Part shown: piece by piece, positions 62,566-64,000 of the stretch
Layout: every line of letters starts with the position of its first letter
How positions within the stretch are numbered: position 1 is the stretch's first letter
Source of the DNA: Mytilus californianus
Taxonomy: Eukaryota
Assembly (NCBI RefSeq): GCF_021869535.1
Contig: NW_026262678.1
Span: 620,001-684,000, forward strand
DNA: 64,000 nucleotides
Direction: 5' to 3'
Translations under genes and position numbers: made by a program
Notes under the pieces: generated by a model
What the model saw: the letters and a program-made list of their open reading frames with translations, nothing else
Databases searched by the model: none
Told to the model about the DNA's origin: nothing

Positions 62566-63445
62566 TTTTAGCTCACTTTGGCCCGAAGGGCACCATGTGA
62601 GCTTCTGCCATCACTTGGCGTCCGTCGTCGTCCGTCGTCTGTTGTCGTCGGCGTCGTCTGTCGTCGTCTGTCGTTGTAAACTATTTCAAAAATTTTCTCC
62701 TCTGCTCTGGAACTACTCGGCCAAATACCCTCAAACTTTACCTGAATGTTCCTTAGGGTATCTAGTTTATAAATTGTATCCGAAGTTTTGATCCATTGAC
62801 AAACATGGCCGCCATGGCTATAAATAGAACATAGAGGTCAAATGCAGTTTTTGGCTTTTATCTCAAAAACTAAAGCTTTTAGAGCAAATCTGACATGAGG
62901 TAAAAATGTTCAATTGCTCAAGATCTATCAGCCCTGAAATTTTCAGACGAACCAAACAACCCATTATTGGGTTGCTGCCACAAAATTGGTTATGTCAAGG
63001 CCATTTTGCAGATTTTGGTTATTTCCTTGAATATTATTGAAGATAAAGATAAACTGAAAACAGCAAAAATGTTCAGTGAAGTAAGGTCTACAAAAAAGTG
63101 TTATGACCAAAATTGTCAATTGACCTCTTAAGGAGTTATTGCCCTTTAAGGACAATTTTTCACAAGTTGTTTGTGTTTCCTAACTTTAAAAAATCTTCTC
63201 AAATGAATCTAGTAAAAATTTTATTTCCTTTCACGTAAAGAAACATAGACAATATGGCTAAAATGGAACATATGGGTAAAATGCATTTAATTGCATTTGA
63301 AGAAAATATGACATATACAATGAACATTTAAATGGCATTTTTAATCCACTCATTAATATATATTGAAAAGCAAAAATAATCATTGATGAAAGATTTAAGC
63401 AAAAAATAACAGGTGAGCGATTCAGGCTCTTGAGAGCCTCTTGTT
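62566..63445 (+). mobile_element. Helentron-type non-autonomous element (HINE-like; pearl/DTC84-type organisation)
   Basis: 5' ttttagctcac...gtgagct stem-loop, (gtc)n microsatellite, and 3' caggtgagcga plus hairpin caggctc-tt-gagagcctc-ttgttt. Confidence 0.88.
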
Positions 63446-63791
63446 TAAAAACTGACCGAATAAAGGTTTGAGGAAGAACGACAGAAATCGACACTTCATA
63501 CATCATCATCATCATCACAAATTGTTTAACCGATACGACATCTTTGTAAATCAACTCACTATCAGCGACATGTTTGCATTCTTAGATCTTAAGATAACAG
63601 AATAATCTTCTTAAATGTTATTTTAATGATTGTTTCCTATTTCTGGTTGTGACATTTGACTAATCTTGCACCTTTTGTTAATCATTTGATTGCGCTGATT
63701 GTTACCTTGGTTTTTCTTCTGAATCGTATGTGTCATAATTTTTACCCAAAATACTGATGACTCTTAACAGCCTACAAACTGTTTGATCCAA

Positions 63792-63835
63792 GTGCCAGTA
63801 ATGAGTCTTTTGTAGACGGAAAGCGCATCGGGCCT
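63792..63835 (+). ncRNA. Decayed hammerhead motif of the same family
   Basis: gtgcca-gtaatga-gtc(ttttgta)gac-ggaaagcgca-tc; stem II is intact but the core is mutated. Confidence 0.55.
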
Positions 63836-64000
63836 ACGGCAGTATCTTGATGAAGATTTTCCCTTGATACACGTGCATTTGTAAGTTCAAAGTCAGTTAA
63901 CTTGTTTGTTTTGTTTTTTTTGTAATCCATTATATCTTTTTGCTATTTTGGGGTATCTGCTGGATTTTACAAATCTTGGATTATCTCAGGTAAAACTAAT

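Overview
AT-rich eukaryotic genomic DNA with spliced genes and many repeats. The repeat families and gene content point to a bivalve mollusc, most likely Mytilus (inference). There is one assembly gap (10230-10361). Most ORFs in the supplied track are spurious; the real genes are split into exons, which I joined by splice-site and phase matching. Genes: (1) the 3' end of a + strand gene encoding two tandem death domains joined by a 31-nt micro-exon (865-3496); (2) an intact-looking 4-exon - strand secreted lectin gene, signal peptide-PAN/apple-Cys-rich EGF-like-F-type lectin domain, 285 aa (32266->26319), whose fucose-binding motif is non-canonical; (3) a broken paralogue of it (18599->15389) and a decayed duplicate of its last exon (about 25563-25750); (4) a C-type lectin domain C-terminal exon absent from the ORF track (61970->61849). 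Mobile DNA: a decayed Ty3/Gypsy gag-pol relic, several Penelope-like RT fragments, Helentron-type non-autonomous elements (HINE-like), TA-flanked MITEs, a nested pair of TIR elements (41765-48227) and five tandem arrays (units of about 114, 51, 260, 21 and 83 bp). The most striking non-coding signal is a family of about 350-nt units carrying minimal type I hammerhead ribozymes (retrozyme-like). Its two best copies (41146-41581 and 52003-52428) are circular permutations of each other with terminal redundancy, as expected from copying a circular RNA.
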